Of a stretch of DNA of 64,000 bases, positions 13,501-25,276 are shown in pieces. Position 1 is the stretch's first letter. Each line of letters starts with the position of its first letter. The position numbers and the translations under genes are program-made. Under the pieces are notes generated by a model. That model ran no database searches, was not told the DNA's origin, and saw only the letters and a list, made by a program, of their open reading frames with translations. The DNA comes from Amoebophrya sp. A120 (Eukaryota; Protista; Dinoflagellata): contig CAJINV010000005.1 of assembly GCA_905178155.1 (NCBI GenBank), positions 5,064,256-5,128,255 of the forward strand, given 5' to 3'.

Positions 13501-15070
13501 ATTTGTAATGCATAAAATGGATTCCAGTTCGAACCCAGTTTCTAAGTGGCGCATGACAAATTCTGGTGGTGCCTAATTCCAGTTTGTAATGCTGTTTAGG
13601 CAAAGAAGGCTGATTCTCTCATGCTGCTTTAGCAGCTCGAGCTATAACGCCAAACAGGCTTACAATCGGCCTCACTTGCCTGCTCTGCAACACACGTACT
13701 TCGCGTCATGCATTTTATGCATCACAAATTTTTCGACTTTGTCGATTTCGATCCTGACAGTTCCATACAACTGTGGGACGTGCTCCGCACCGCGAAGGAA
13801 GAGCAGTACGACCAAGTCTGCTATCAAATGCAAATATGTCTGGGTTCGGAAGGTCGCAATTTGTCATGCTGTTTATGGATTTTAAAAAAATTTGTATTGC
13901 ATGACCAGCAAGAGCGGTCCAGTTCGTGCTACGCGGACAGGGCGTTTCTCATGCGGAAGGCGTATCAAGAAGGGTTCTAAAAATCTGTGATGGTAGGTCA
14001 TACAGCACAGACAATCATGGGTCATGAGAAATATGCATGCCAAGTCTTGCACTCTTCCAGACCCAGACATAGTATTTGGAGTTGATATCTGCTTCAAAAA
14101 CCTAGTCGTCGGCGGCTCGCACAGCGTCTATCAGCGGTGGTCAGGTCTAGCGACGGACGGGAAGGAGCCTTTTCTCCGCCTTTTGCGGGCGAAATTCTAC
14201 GCGTATTTCGGGTTACCGGTGGATGGAAATAGGCCGAAAACGCATCAAATTGTACTGGTCAAGAAAACGGGGAAAGCTGGGTCGGAGGGCAAAGCGAAAA
14301 ATAGTCGGGCGATCGCGAATTTTCAGCAGGTGCATGACTACTTGGTACAACGGTATAAGGGCGGGAGTAAAAAACCCGCATCAAACACAGCTGCGGAACC
14401 TGGAGTTGTCGTCCCTACACTTGGACTTCCCCCTTCCACATCAACTGCTCCCGCCGAAGCAGCTTCTGCTAGCCATATTTCACGTTTTTGCGTCACTTCC
14501 TGGTCAGAGCTTTCGTTGAAGAACCAGCTTCAAGTGCTCCAGAAAACCACTGTGGTCATCTCGCCCGCTGGGGGCATTTCCGGGCTCCTACCATTCCTCC
14601 CAGACGGGTCATATGCGATTCTGCTGAATTACCAGGAATCACTGTCGCAATTCCCAATGGGGGTGACACTCAGTTTTTTCGCCGGGTTTTTGTCGAAAGT
14701 TGCGGACTATTTTATTTCGTCAAAAAAGACTACGCCAACTGATGGCAGCAGGAGCAGCAGTGGGGCATCAGATCCTGCTTCCGATATTAGGGCAATAGAA
14801 CAGAAAATTTCATCCTATCAAACCATGAACCCGCTCCACCGCTGGTTCCCTTCCTACCAGCGGTTTTTCCGCGGGTGGGGCTTTCACGGAGAGTGTCCGG
14901 GGTGCTCGTGGACGATGGAGGCAGAATTGTGGCAGCACGTGCCATGGGTTGAGAAATTGTTTTACCAAACGTGGGACACATCGGGTGACCGAAGTGCGGA
15001 CGTGGTCGTTGATGTCAAACGCATGGAGCAGCTCTTGCAGCAAGCGCTGCGGAATTACGAATTTGGATAA
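10511..15070 (+). CDS. Glycosyltransferase family 61-like (DUF563) type II membrane protein, 6 exons
   Basis: N-terminal hydrophobic anchor. Frame restored across introners 10741, 12253, 12781, 13463, 13822. Motifs RQCLFSDVCY, DNVGHALED, VCFKNLVVGG and QLQVLQKTTVVISPAGGISGLLPFLP are typical of GT61. Confidence 0.75.
10741..11891. mobile_element. Long introner (1151 bp) with ~200-bp imperfect TIRs
   Basis: TATGGGAGCGTCTGAGCGATTATCT... / ...AGATAATCGCTCAGACGGTCCCATA; DR caagc/caagc; frame restored. Confidence 0.88.
12253..12470. mobile_element. Introner family C (218 bp)
   Basis: TIR TATGAGGGTGCACAAC..CCCCTCC; DR gaagg/gaagg. Confidence 0.9.
12781..12945. mobile_element. Introner family B-like (165 bp)
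   Basis: TIR TATGCATTGCAAAAGCAACGT; DR agcgg/agcgg. Confidence 0.9.
13463..13767. mobile_element. Introner family E (305 bp)
   Basis: TIR TATGGGAGTGTCAGGATCGAAATCGACA; DR caact/caact. Confidence 0.92.
13822..14087. mobile_element. Introner family A (266 bp)
   Basis: Family A TIRs; DR tctgc/tctgc. Confidence 0.92.
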
Positions 15071-16028
15071 AGATGGAGAAGCGATTATTTGTACACGCAT
15101 ACTGCATGAGTACAACGATTACAATAGATACCTCCTGCTTGGCGACTTGTTCGTATATTGCCCTATTACTTAGGCGCAAGAACTACATGCGCGTCGTCGA
15201 GGTCGTCTGAGCAAATTTCCATTTTGTTTTTGCCACATTCCACTTCGGAAAACGGTACCGAAGATTTTGAATTTATACGAGCAGTCGTTGCTTATGATTG
15301 GAGCATCGGTCCATAATTCTCGCGAGAAATAATGCTTCGGTCCGATTTTTGATGAATTGAAAGGATGAATATCGGTTGATCGTTCGCTAGCTTGACGCAT
15401 AGATTCTGTAGTCTGTTTCTTGCTTTTATATATCATTTTCAGTCATGAATGAAATTCTACGTCTGTCATCGGTAATATGCGTAGTTTCATTGCCAATTCG
15501 GTGTTGTATTTGGGACGGTTTCTTGAGTCCCGCTTTGGTAGAAGTCGGTTTGCGTTTTCTAGTTCCACAGAGCTATGGATCGAAAGCAAGAAGAGCACAT
15601 CGGTTAGCGGAAAATCATAGTATTGGAGGACCTGTTTAGTAGCAGCACTGTTTTGCTTTTAATCTGCACTTTAAAAAATTTCTCCAGGATCCTCACTTTG
15701 TTGAAGACCTCTTTAGGATTTTGGAAAGATCTTCGCAACTTCTACACTCAAGTTTCTTTTTACCAACTAGTACACTCTCGCAGTGAAATATCTTCGCACG
15801 ATCTTTTGCGGCAGGAAATAGATGAAAAAATAGCATTCAAGCACAGCAGGACGTAAGGGAGTACTACCAGTCTCGGGATAATCAGTCTCGGGATAATTTT
15901 TCCAGCCGACCCAACCAAGCTCGAACGCAAACCGCAACACCCGTACTATCTGGGTGAACAAATAAGAACGAGAAGCCCTACTGCGAAAGACGAAGAGGCG
16001 ACGTCACCACTTTACAAAAGAAGCAAGA

Positions 16029-19000
16029 ATGAAGGTAATCTTGATGTTCTAGTGCTGTAGGCTGCTGCTGCTGCTTTGTCCTGCCCTGTGAGGCACGAAT
16101 GAATTGTTTTCGTTGAAGAAGTCTCAGAGCTTCTTTTTTTGCTGATCTTTATGATCCAAAAAATGTTAAATAGCACCAAATCCAAATACTACATCAAATC
16201 CCAGGTCTTCGTCCACACCCTCTTCCTTCATGGTGCTGTTCTCAGCAATATCAAATGCAAATATGTCTGGGTCTGGAAAGATGCAGGTTTTCCATGGCCC
16301 ATGAGGTCTGGAATGCGGGACCTAGCATGACAGATTCTGCGCGGTCTCTATCATACCTGCTCTGCATGAGAAACCCCCTCTCAACTCAGTCGAAAGTGGG
16401 CAGCTTTTGGCACTTATGCAACACAGATTTCTGCCTGATTCAGATGTAGCATGACAAGTTGCAATCCTCCAGACCCAGACATATTTGCATTTGATAAGCA
16501 ACCACGGAGCCGCAGCTTTGTCCGTGACCCAGAAGAAGGAATTGCCGACCGGCTACGAGCCGACGAATATTTTCGCCCCGGACCCCAAGCCGCCTCCGAA
16601 AACCCTTCCGAAAGGTTCGGGGGTACCGGTTGGGCCGGGCAAGTTAACGCTAGAACAGATTGCGCAAACGAACAAGTACGGGACGATTGCGGATCTCAGA
16701 GCCATCCGAATGGGGGACGTGGAGTTGCAGAAAGCCGTATCGAAATGAAAAAGTTTTCCCCCTCCACCGCATTACATTCGAGAAAGAAACTTCTCTTGCT
16801 GGATTTGTGTTGCACAATCGAATTTTTCGCCATGTTGTCCGAATGCTTGCAAGAGACGCGGATCATTTTAGTGCTTGTTTCACGCATGGAAAAGCGTAAC
16901 AGAATCAGCATGGCAGGAATGTTCAACAGCATTCTTTCTTGCAAGTAAAAATAGCGTGACAAGAATTTGCAAGAAAATTGGGCCGTGAGCGCTCTACACT
17001 TTGATCCCTTCCACGTAGCAACGAACACGACATGTGGTCGAGACATTAACTTGCGTCGGTGTACAACGACAACAAAAGTCCTCGCGCACGTTTGGAACAC
17101 ACTTCCCTGTTGTATGAAAATACGTACTGCGGTAGGGGGATAAGTAATTTTTCCTCACGATAAGTGAAGAAGGAAGCAGAGGCGAAGCGAGCGGAGGCGG
17201 AGGCAAAGAAGGCGGAAGCGGAACGAAAGGAGAAAGAGGTACAAGCCGCGGCAGCCGCGGCCACTGCGGCGGCCGCGGAGTTACAAGCTGCCCAGGAGCG
17301 GGTGGCGGACTTGGCGCCTGTGCCGCTGCTGCCTGGTCCAGCTGCTGCGCCGCCCCCGGGGAGAGCCGCCAGGCGGGCGGCTAAAGCCGCGGCTGCGGAA
17401 GCGGAAGTTGCGGTGGAACAAGCAGCGGTGGCTGAGGATCAAGCGGTTGCAGCAGAAGCAGCGGCGGTGGCTGCGGGGGATCGTGCGGTGGCGGCTGAGA
17501 AACGCGTTATCATTGACATCGGGGGGGTCGGTTATATCTCACTTCCGACCGACTCTACTGGTGCTCCCGCTTTTCGGTTGCCGGACAGGCCTCCTCCTCG
17601 GGCGACTGGTCCGGCCGCAAGGAGAACCACGCCGGCCACCACGACCGCTTATGGAAGCGTCAGAACCTCCGAAAACGACAAAGTTGAAAAAAGCTCGCAT
17701 AAGCTGCAATGCACAGACTGTATTGGTGGTGGAGGGCACCTGCACGCAGGTGAGGGCGATTGTAAGCCTGTTTCCGGATTATATTAGACATAGCGCTGCT
17801 AGAGTACTAGTATGAAAAAATATGTCCTCTTTCCCCAAAGAGCATGACAAACTGGCATTTTTACGTGCGTCCAAAATTTGTGATGCGCCACTTGGAATAA
17901 ATTGAGGGCCCAAGAACAACTGGTAGCAATTCTATGCAGCATTTGACAGATTGTTTCAACTTTGTTGGTTTCGGTTCTGACGCTTCTATACTGCTGGGGC
18001 TTCAGCTGCCGCCCCCTCCTCGGGGGCTGGTACTACCGCTATTCGGACTGGCCTGGCCGTGATCACTCCGGCCGCAAGCATGCCGGCCGCAAGCGCGCCA
18101 GCCGCAAGAACGCCGGCCACCACAACGACCCGGACTGCTCCCGCCAAACCGATTCTGAACCGTGAAAGGGAAATTGCGCAGGCCAGGAAGGACGGGGAAG
18201 CAGCCATTCTTCAGGCGGGACGAACCATCCGAAAGATCGCGGCCAGCAACCGCTACGGAAGTGACGAAATAGATCTTTATTTCTGCGATTTTTTGTCATC
18301 ACTGTAGTTCTCTAATGCATGACTGAATGTCCTTCGATGCGAATTGAAAATGATGTTGCAGAAGTACTTCTATCATCTTAGAAGCCGCACCATGTTCTTG
18401 CCCAAAAAGATAAGTAAATGGGGATGCGCCAGGCGCCGGAAATTATTTCTTGCGGAGCCACGGGGCGTTGTCCTCGCGCGTTCAATTTCGAAGACATAAA
18501 CGTGAACAAATGAGTGAAGATCATGAAGACCACCACTGCGAGAAGAAGAAGAACTAAAGATAAATCAGCAGAAAAGAAGATTCTAACACCTCCATATTCA
18601 CCGGATGAAGAAAAAAGGCGCGGGATTTTTGAAGCGCTTGTTGAACCGCTCCTCTGGAGCAGGTGGCGCAGCAGGAGCTGGCGCTACCGCACGGGCTGTC
18701 GCGCGCATCCGGACTAGGCGGGGCAAAAAAGTGCATGCCAAGGCCCACGCGAAGGTGGAAGAAGATACGAGCCATCACCTGGTGACGGTGAGTATGCAAG
18801 AAAAATGAGACTGCGTAGTTCTTTGTGTATAGCGTAGCTCTGTTGATGTGTTCTTGCAGACGATGGTGCAAGAAGGTGGCATTTTTTGTCATGCTTCTGG
18901 ACATACAACTACAGGCGTCGGAAGCTACGTAGAAATTTCATCATGGCGTTTTAATACGTGCACGTGTTGACACGTTTATTTTTCCCGCCATGCTCGACGG

Positions 19001-19419
19001 ATTTCGATTTGTCATGCTGTTTTCATGATCATCTCATCAAGAGAGTCACGACCCTAAGCACAACTACACAGTTTTTTCCGGGTATAAAGAGAGATTGGCG
19101 GCCGCGGCGGCATTCGGTCCCGGCTCTACCTACCTCTCCCGCGGGGACTGCATCTTCCGCGAGTCCTCCCGCAGCTCCCGCAACTGCTGCAGCTCCCGCA
19201 ACTGCTGCAGCTCCCGCAATTGCTGCAGCTCCCGCAATTGCTGCGGCTCCCGAAATTGCTGCAGTTCCCGCGAGTACTCCTGCAGCACCCGAAATTGCTG
19301 CAGCTCCCGTGAAGAGTGCATCTCCCGTGAAGAAGTCAAATGATGATGAAGAGACCGCAAGCAATGCAAGTACTGAAGCTCCCGAAAGTACTGCAGATTC
19401 TTTGGAAAGTGCAGTTTGA
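16029..19419 (+). CDS. Secreted Ala/Pro/Thr-rich low-complexity protein, 7 exons
   Basis: ATG AAG, then GT-AG intron 16035-16204, then signal-peptide-like VFVHTLFLHGAVLS. Frame restored across introners 16249, 16738, 17650, 18254, 18793. AAPATA-type repeats near the C-terminus. Confidence 0.65.
16249..16496. mobile_element. Introner family A (248 bp)
   Basis: Family A TIRs; DR agcaa/agcaa. Confidence 0.92.
16738..17162. mobile_element. Degenerate introner family D-like (425 bp)
   Basis: Eroded TIRs; DR agccg/agtga; frame restored. Confidence 0.65.
17650..17990. mobile_element. Degenerate introner family E (341 bp)
   Basis: TATGGAAGCGTCAGAAC / GTTCTGACGCTTCTATA; DR ccgct/ctgct. Confidence 0.82.
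18254..18596. mobile_element. Highly degenerate introner family E (343 bp)
   Basis: TACGGAAGTG... / ...CACCTCCATA; DR lost; removing element + 5 nt restores frame. Confidence 0.5.
18793..19086. mobile_element. Degenerate introner family F (294 bp)
   Basis: TATGCAAGAAAA / ACACAGTTTTTTCCGGGTATA; DR gtgag/aagag. Confidence 0.68.
19171..19310 (+). repeat. Coding 18-bp tandem repeat (AAPATA/AAPAIA)
   Basis: gcagctcccgcaactgct-like units. Confidence 0.85.
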
Positions 19420-19787
19420 AAGAACGAGGCAAAAATCTCATGGGTAAGAGGCAGTAAAACCGTCGTGGCGCCGCGCAGATGTGGGGTGAAGTAAGATGTT
19501 GGTCTGATTTTTCTGTTTCCTTCGCGTTATTCTTATTTTCGATAATTATACACAGTGGTCGTGGAAAACAGCATTTATTGCACATTCTTGTTGAGAAGCT
19601 CTCGTCGCGGATCTCATTACAGGGATCACGATATTGATGCTTCATCCTGGTTTTGGAGTTTTTGTAGTTGTTGACCAAACTAGAAGTTGTACCGCTTTAT
19701 CATCCAATACGTTCTTGGGACTTTTTTTTACCTTTTTTCAGTCACATGATTTTTGCGAATAATTCACATCACATGCACATCATCATG

Positions 19788-19846
19788 AATTTTAACATCT
19801 TGTAAAAGGCGGTATTTCATACCGCCTTTTACAAGATGTTAAAATT
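19788..19846. repeat. Perfect 28-bp inverted repeat with 3-nt loop
   Basis: aattttaacatcttgtaaaaggcggtat-ttc-ataccgccttttacaagatgttaaaatt. Confidence 0.95.
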
Positions 19847-20648
19847 GATCTCTATTGTAACAATTACAGTAGGGCCTGGATATCGATAAACGTAAGTACT
19901 TACGCAACTGCAATAAGAAGACACCGTGCAACATCCGTGTCCGATCAGTAGTTTAAGTATAATATCACAGGCTGTTTTTTGTTTTTCATTCATTGCACCT
20001 GATTTGCCAAACATTTTTGTACATGATCATGAGGTACTCGGAGTACCACTCCAAAAACGTTGAAGTTACCTTCCCACACTTCTAAACTCGGTGTGTAAAA
20101 TTGAGTGAATATCATGCGTAGAGAAGTGGTGAAAGTAGGAAAAGAGATGAACCCTCTTTCACAAGAAATCTGAACCACAGAACAAGCTGAAGCTTTCACG
20201 AGAAGCAGACGCAACTGGTTCAGGAAAACTTTACTTCAAGTAAGTTTTACAATTCAAACACCACCACCTAAAGACCACACACGTGAAGTGCAAAATTGAA
20301 AAAAATGAATCCGCGATGCCAGCCGGCGACTGCATCCGAACCGGTCCAGGCTGGACAGTGGCATAGAAAGATTGCTTATGTTCGCAGGCTGCAGGTAGAA
20401 GACGATGATACCTGGGACCGTTCTTAATGGCGTTTTTGTCTTCGCCCCGTTTTATTTTTCAATTATCGCACTAATTTTTGGTTTTCCTGCCGCCCGGAAG
20501 ATGCACAGAAGAGAATATTGTTGCCGAGAGAGAGGAGAGAAATGTCGAGCGAACACTCCTTTGGAGGTTATCTCCGCCGCTCCGCACAAGAATACACATC
20601 AACTTCGTGGCAGGCGAAAAAAAATAATGAACACCCCTATTCGTAATT

Positions 20649-23600
20649 ATGCGTCTTGTCTATCAAATTCAAAACCGTCAGAAAAACTTTATGCCCTCTT
20701 GTGGTCCGCAAAATAGCTTTCCGTCGTTGTTTCCGTCTCATCGTCCTGTCGTTCTTGCACGACCTGCGTATAATAATCCTATCAGTTCTGCTTTGGGCCC
20801 ATCCACTGTGGCGCACCTGCCTTCGAGGAGTGCGAGAACGATAGAGCAATTGGTGCCCCACAGGTCCTGTGTAGTTGCGTCATGCTGCGAGCAGAAGGGG
20901 CTCCATCGAGGACAACAAGCCCGCTCGTACTCCGCGACCCTAGTCCGCCTTCCCAGCTTGCTCGAGAGAATGGTACCAGCAGCACAGCATTCGAGTGGCA
21001 GCAGCGCCACAGGGGCAACAACGTCCAGCACGAAGAAAGAAGCACGAGAAATAAACAAGGAAGCATTACCCACGGAGAAGGTGAAAACGTCAACCGCAAA
21101 TCATCATGCAGCAGCAGCAGCAGCAATTGATGCAACGACGGATCATGGCAGCGACTGCACATCACCATCAGGGACCTCTACGGCGAGCAGTCCTTTTTGT
21201 GCAGAGTTGTTTCAGGAACAAGACGAACGAGATCAAACACGATCCCACGACACGATAGAACGAGAACCGACCAGCGAGCAATACGAGCAGTGCGAAATAA
21301 ACCCCACTACCTTCGTCACGAAAAGGACCCCCTCTGTGACCATCCTCGGTATCCGCTCCCGGAAATTCTTCGGGAAAGACGGCGCAGAAGAAGGTTTGCG
21401 GTTGTTCGATTATCAAATGTAAAAATGTCTGGGTCTGGAAACTTGTGATGCTGGGTGGCGTCTCATGATGAGGCCACAAATGCTGTCTCAGCATGACAAG
21501 TTTCTGAGATTCTAGGTGTTGCCTATTCTGCATGAAAAACTGCGTTTCTGCATCACAGAAAAATGAAGCTGTTGGGTAACGTGCATGACAGATTTAAGAG
21601 TTATGCTAGACAAGCATGACAAACATGCATTCTTCCAGGGCCAGACACTTTTGCACTTGATATCGATCAGTTGAAGACAAAGTTTGCGATCCAACGAAAA
21701 ATCCACTTGTTAATCGGTCTGGAAAAGTGGCAACTCCAGAAATTTCTCGACGAGAGCAAGAAGGGCGAGATCCGGCACAGGAGGAACGTCCAGCACTTGC
21801 GGGAGTGGCGCCATTTGTTTCAGTCGAACTACAGCAGTTTTAAGCATAAACCAGAATTCCTACCACTATACCAGGTCGCTTTATTGGAAAAGTACCCGAT
21901 TTCCGCGATTTATGAAAGCGTCAGGATTGAAATCCGCAAAGTTGAAATAGTTTGTGCTGCATCACATGCTAGACGCAAAGTGCCTGTCTTGCAGAGCAGG
22001 CAACTGATGCAGATTATAAGCCTGCTTCGGGTGTGAGATAGAGCTGCTAAAATAGCATGACAAAAGCAGTCTTCCCTGCGCAAACAGCATGACAAAGTGG
22101 ATTTCCGTGCTGCCAAAATTTGTCATGCGCCACTTGCAAACTGGGCTCCAGCTGGTATCGCTTTTTTGCATTACAGATTATTTCAACTCTGACGATTTCG
22201 ATCCTGACACTTCCATACGATTGATTTCGAGGAATCCATGTTCTACGACAGTCTTTCCCGTTATGGAAGTGTCAGAATCGAAATATGACAAAATCGAAAA
22301 GTTTGCGATGCATGAAATCGATACCAGTTGGAGCCTCAGTTTGTAAGTGGCGCATGACACATTTCGGGAGCACCCAAATCCAGTCTGTCATGCTAGTTGG
22401 GCAAAGAAGACTGCCCCTGTCATGCTACTCTGGCAGCACATTGCATACCCCTAAAGAGGCTTCTAATCGGTCTCATTTGCCTACTCCCCAATACAGGCCT
22501 CCAGTGCGCTACATTTTATGCATCACAAATTTTTCGATTTTGTCGACTTCGATCCTGACACACCCATACCCGTGCGAGTTTCGCTTTTCCGGTCGAAGCC
22601 ATTTACTGGTTCTTCTACGAACGGCTAATTCTCTCCACAAACCTGTTCACGAACAACGACTTGTACCGTGCGCTGATGCTGCGGAGAGTGCCGAACCTGG
22701 CGAAAATCTACTTCTATCAAATGTAAAAATGTCTGGGTCTGGAGGAAACTTGTGATGCTGGGTGGCGTATCATGAGGAAGCCATAAGTGCTGTCTCAGCA
22801 TGACAATTTTCTGAGCTTCTAGGTATTGCCTATTCTGCATGACAAACTGCGTTTTTGCATGACAGGAAATTGGGGCTCTTGGGTAACCTGCATGACAGGT
22901 TCAAGAGTCATGCCAGAGAAGCATGACAAATCGCGCATTCTTCCAGACCCAGACATTTTTACACTTGATAACTTCTACGAACGAGCGCACTACATGGCGG
23001 CGAAGTGCTATTTATGCACTGCAAATATGTGGTCTGGGTCTGGAAAGTTTGAACTTGTAATGCTGGTCTTACATTCCTGTGAAATCTGTATTGCATGACC
23101 AACAAATAAAGCCGTAGCTCATAATACAGAAAAGCAGTTTCTCATGCGGGATTCGTATGAGAAAGCGCTGTGGAAAGTTGTCATGCTTGGCCGCAGGCGA
23201 AAGAGTTTGCATCATCCACATTTTAGCATTAGAACTTTCCTGACCCAGCCAGGCGTATTTGCAATCCATACTACTTGTACTGTTTCGACGAGGCCGACGA
23301 CAACACGATTGTCATGGACTTGGCTGGCGGAGTGAAGCAATTCGACGAGAAATTCCGGTTATGCATTGCAAATATGTAGTCTCCTGGGTCTGGAAGAGCT
23401 CAAGCTTGCGATGCATGCTGGGGGTCACACAAAGATCTGTGTTGCGTGACTGCCAAGAGTTGCCAGTTTTTGTCAGGGTAGGATGGAGTTTCTCATGCAG
23501 AATAGGCACGATAATGATAAAGACCACAAAAAATCTGCTATGCCAGGCCCTGCATTACAGAGTTCATGAATTACTTTGAAGACCTGCATGACAAACCTTC

Positions 23601-25276
23601 GACTCTTCCAGACCCAGACACATTTGCATTAGATACTGCTGGACTGACGGAAATTTCTACGTGCGGGGGAAAATTAACAAAAACCCACTAGCCGGAGCGA
23701 GGTTAGTGCGGGTGTCCAGCCGGAACACGGATGTCATGCTGAAGTCGCCAGACAGGATCCGGGAGTGGTTCGAGCACCATTCCTATGCATTGCAAATGTG
23801 TCTGGACATCTGGAAAAGTGCAACTTGTGATGCTGCATTTGGATGCTAAAAAAAATCTGTATTGCGTGAGCAGCAAGGGGAGTCGAATTCGGCTACGCGG
23901 AGAGAGCAGTTGTCATGCGGGATGCGCATCGATAAGCGCTCAAAAAATCTGTGATGCTAAGGCATACAGCACAGACATCGCGAATCCTGGAAAATGTGCA
24001 TGACAAGCATGCCCTCTTCCAGACCCAGACATATTTGCATTTGATATGTCCTCCGACGGGGCTTTCGAAAACCAGCCGGAAGAGGTATCAGAATGAAAAA
24101 TCCCCCCTCCCCATATCGAAACGAAGTTTCTGATGCTGGATTTGCGTACACAACTCAGATTTGCCTTGCTGGCGAGGACTGCAGGCCCATATCAAGCCTG
24201 AGTAGACAGGTCTTGGCCTTGGCACTTAGCATGACAGACGTCTACGCTGTAGGAGCAACAGCATCACAAACTGCCTGGAGACTGCTGCGGAGCCTGTGGA
24301 GTTGCCTTCATGCAACACCAAGACGATCTGTGGTCACAAATCAGCAGCACAATCGTGCCTTGTCAATATGGGGAAGGGGGATTTCGATTTCTCCTCGCGA
24401 TAAGAGGTGACTTGCGTGCTGCGCAAGGACGGATTCAGTTCTGGTTCCGGCGGATCTTCCTGGGGCGAGAGCGAGAAGGAGCGGCTGCAAAGCGTCTGGG
24501 CGGAATTTGACGAGTATGGGAGAAGGGTACGGGAAAATAAACCAAAAGAGAAACCCTCTTGTACAACTTCGCCGTGGGGTGGCGGTGAACAAACAGGATC
24601 AGCTTCAGCGTGTACTAGTGCTTCATCAACCGCAGAAACGGGGGGTGAAAACCAAGACGAAAACCCGCATGAGAAAGAAGGAGAAGAAGAGTTCAAACAA
24701 CAGCAGCAAAATAAATCTCACCACGTGATGTTCGTCTGCGAGGAGATGTTTCAGCCGTTGATTTTGGATCACATGGAGAAGATCGACAGTATCCAAACGG
24801 TATGCATTGCAAATATGTCTGGGACTGGATGAAGAGTTCGGATTTGTGATGCGAAGTCTACATCATGACAAAATCTGTCATGCATGGCTGGCAAAAGACC
24901 CCTGCTCTTGTCACCGAAAGAGGGGACTTGTCATGCGAATTAGGCATTGGGGTAGGGGAACCTGCTCAAAGTCTGTGATTCTAGAGCTTACATGCCAGAC
25001 GAGCTAGGTCAGGCAGGAACTGCATGACAGATCTCACATTCTTCCAGACCCAGACATTTTTTCATTTGATAGACGGCGATGAACATTTTGCAGCTCTACG
25101 AAGACCGGTGCTACAAACAACCACCATGTTTGCACTTCTGGTGGTACGCGTTCATCTTCCTGTACATGCTGGTCCCGTTGCACATCTTTGTTTTCCTCTT
25201 CGTCCTGAACAGCGGGTTTCGGATTTGGGACGACTTTTTCAGCTACAAACTCATTGACGGGTTTTCGAGAAATTGA
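20649..25276 (+). CDS. Hypothetical protein with C-terminal transmembrane segment, 10 exons (start uncertain)
   Basis: Nine consecutive introners (21411 to 24801) each restore one continuous frame ending ...FWWYAFIFLYMLVPLHIFVFLFVL...GFSRN*. Confidence 0.7.
21411..21662. mobile_element. Introner family A (252 bp), reverse complement of 559-810
   Basis: DR tcgat/tcgat; interior is the inverted homolog of 559-810. Confidence 0.93.
21911..22217. mobile_element. Introner family E (307 bp)
   Basis: Family E TIRs; DR cgatt/cgatt. Confidence 0.92.
22262..22568. mobile_element. Introner family E (307 bp)
   Basis: Family E TIRs; DR cccgt/cccgt. Confidence 0.92.
22715..22970. mobile_element. Introner family A (256 bp)
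   Basis: Family A TIRs; DR acttc/acttc. Confidence 0.92.
23013..23270. mobile_element. Introner family A (258 bp)
   Basis: Family A TIRs (diverged); DR ctatt/ctact. Confidence 0.85.
23360..23635. mobile_element. Introner family A (276 bp)
   Basis: Family A TIRs; DR ccggt/ctgct. Confidence 0.82.
23784..24046. mobile_element. Introner family A (263 bp)
   Basis: Family A TIRs; DR attcc/tgtcc. Confidence 0.82.
24086..24402. mobile_element. Introner family D (317 bp)
   Basis: TIR TATCAGAATGAAAAATCCCCCCTCCCCATAT; DR agagg/agagg. Confidence 0.9.
24801..25071. mobile_element. Introner family A (271 bp)
   Basis: Family A TIRs; DR aacgg/gacgg. Confidence 0.88.

Noticed and set aside
15868-15897. 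15-bp tandem duplication cagtctcgggataat x2
   Set aside because: Simple slippage-type repeat with no further structure.
21411-25071. Regularly recurring ~30-bp repeats resembling a CRISPR array
   Set aside because: The repeats are inverted pairs, the apparent spacers are exons or element interiors, there are no cas genes, and the context is eukaryotic.
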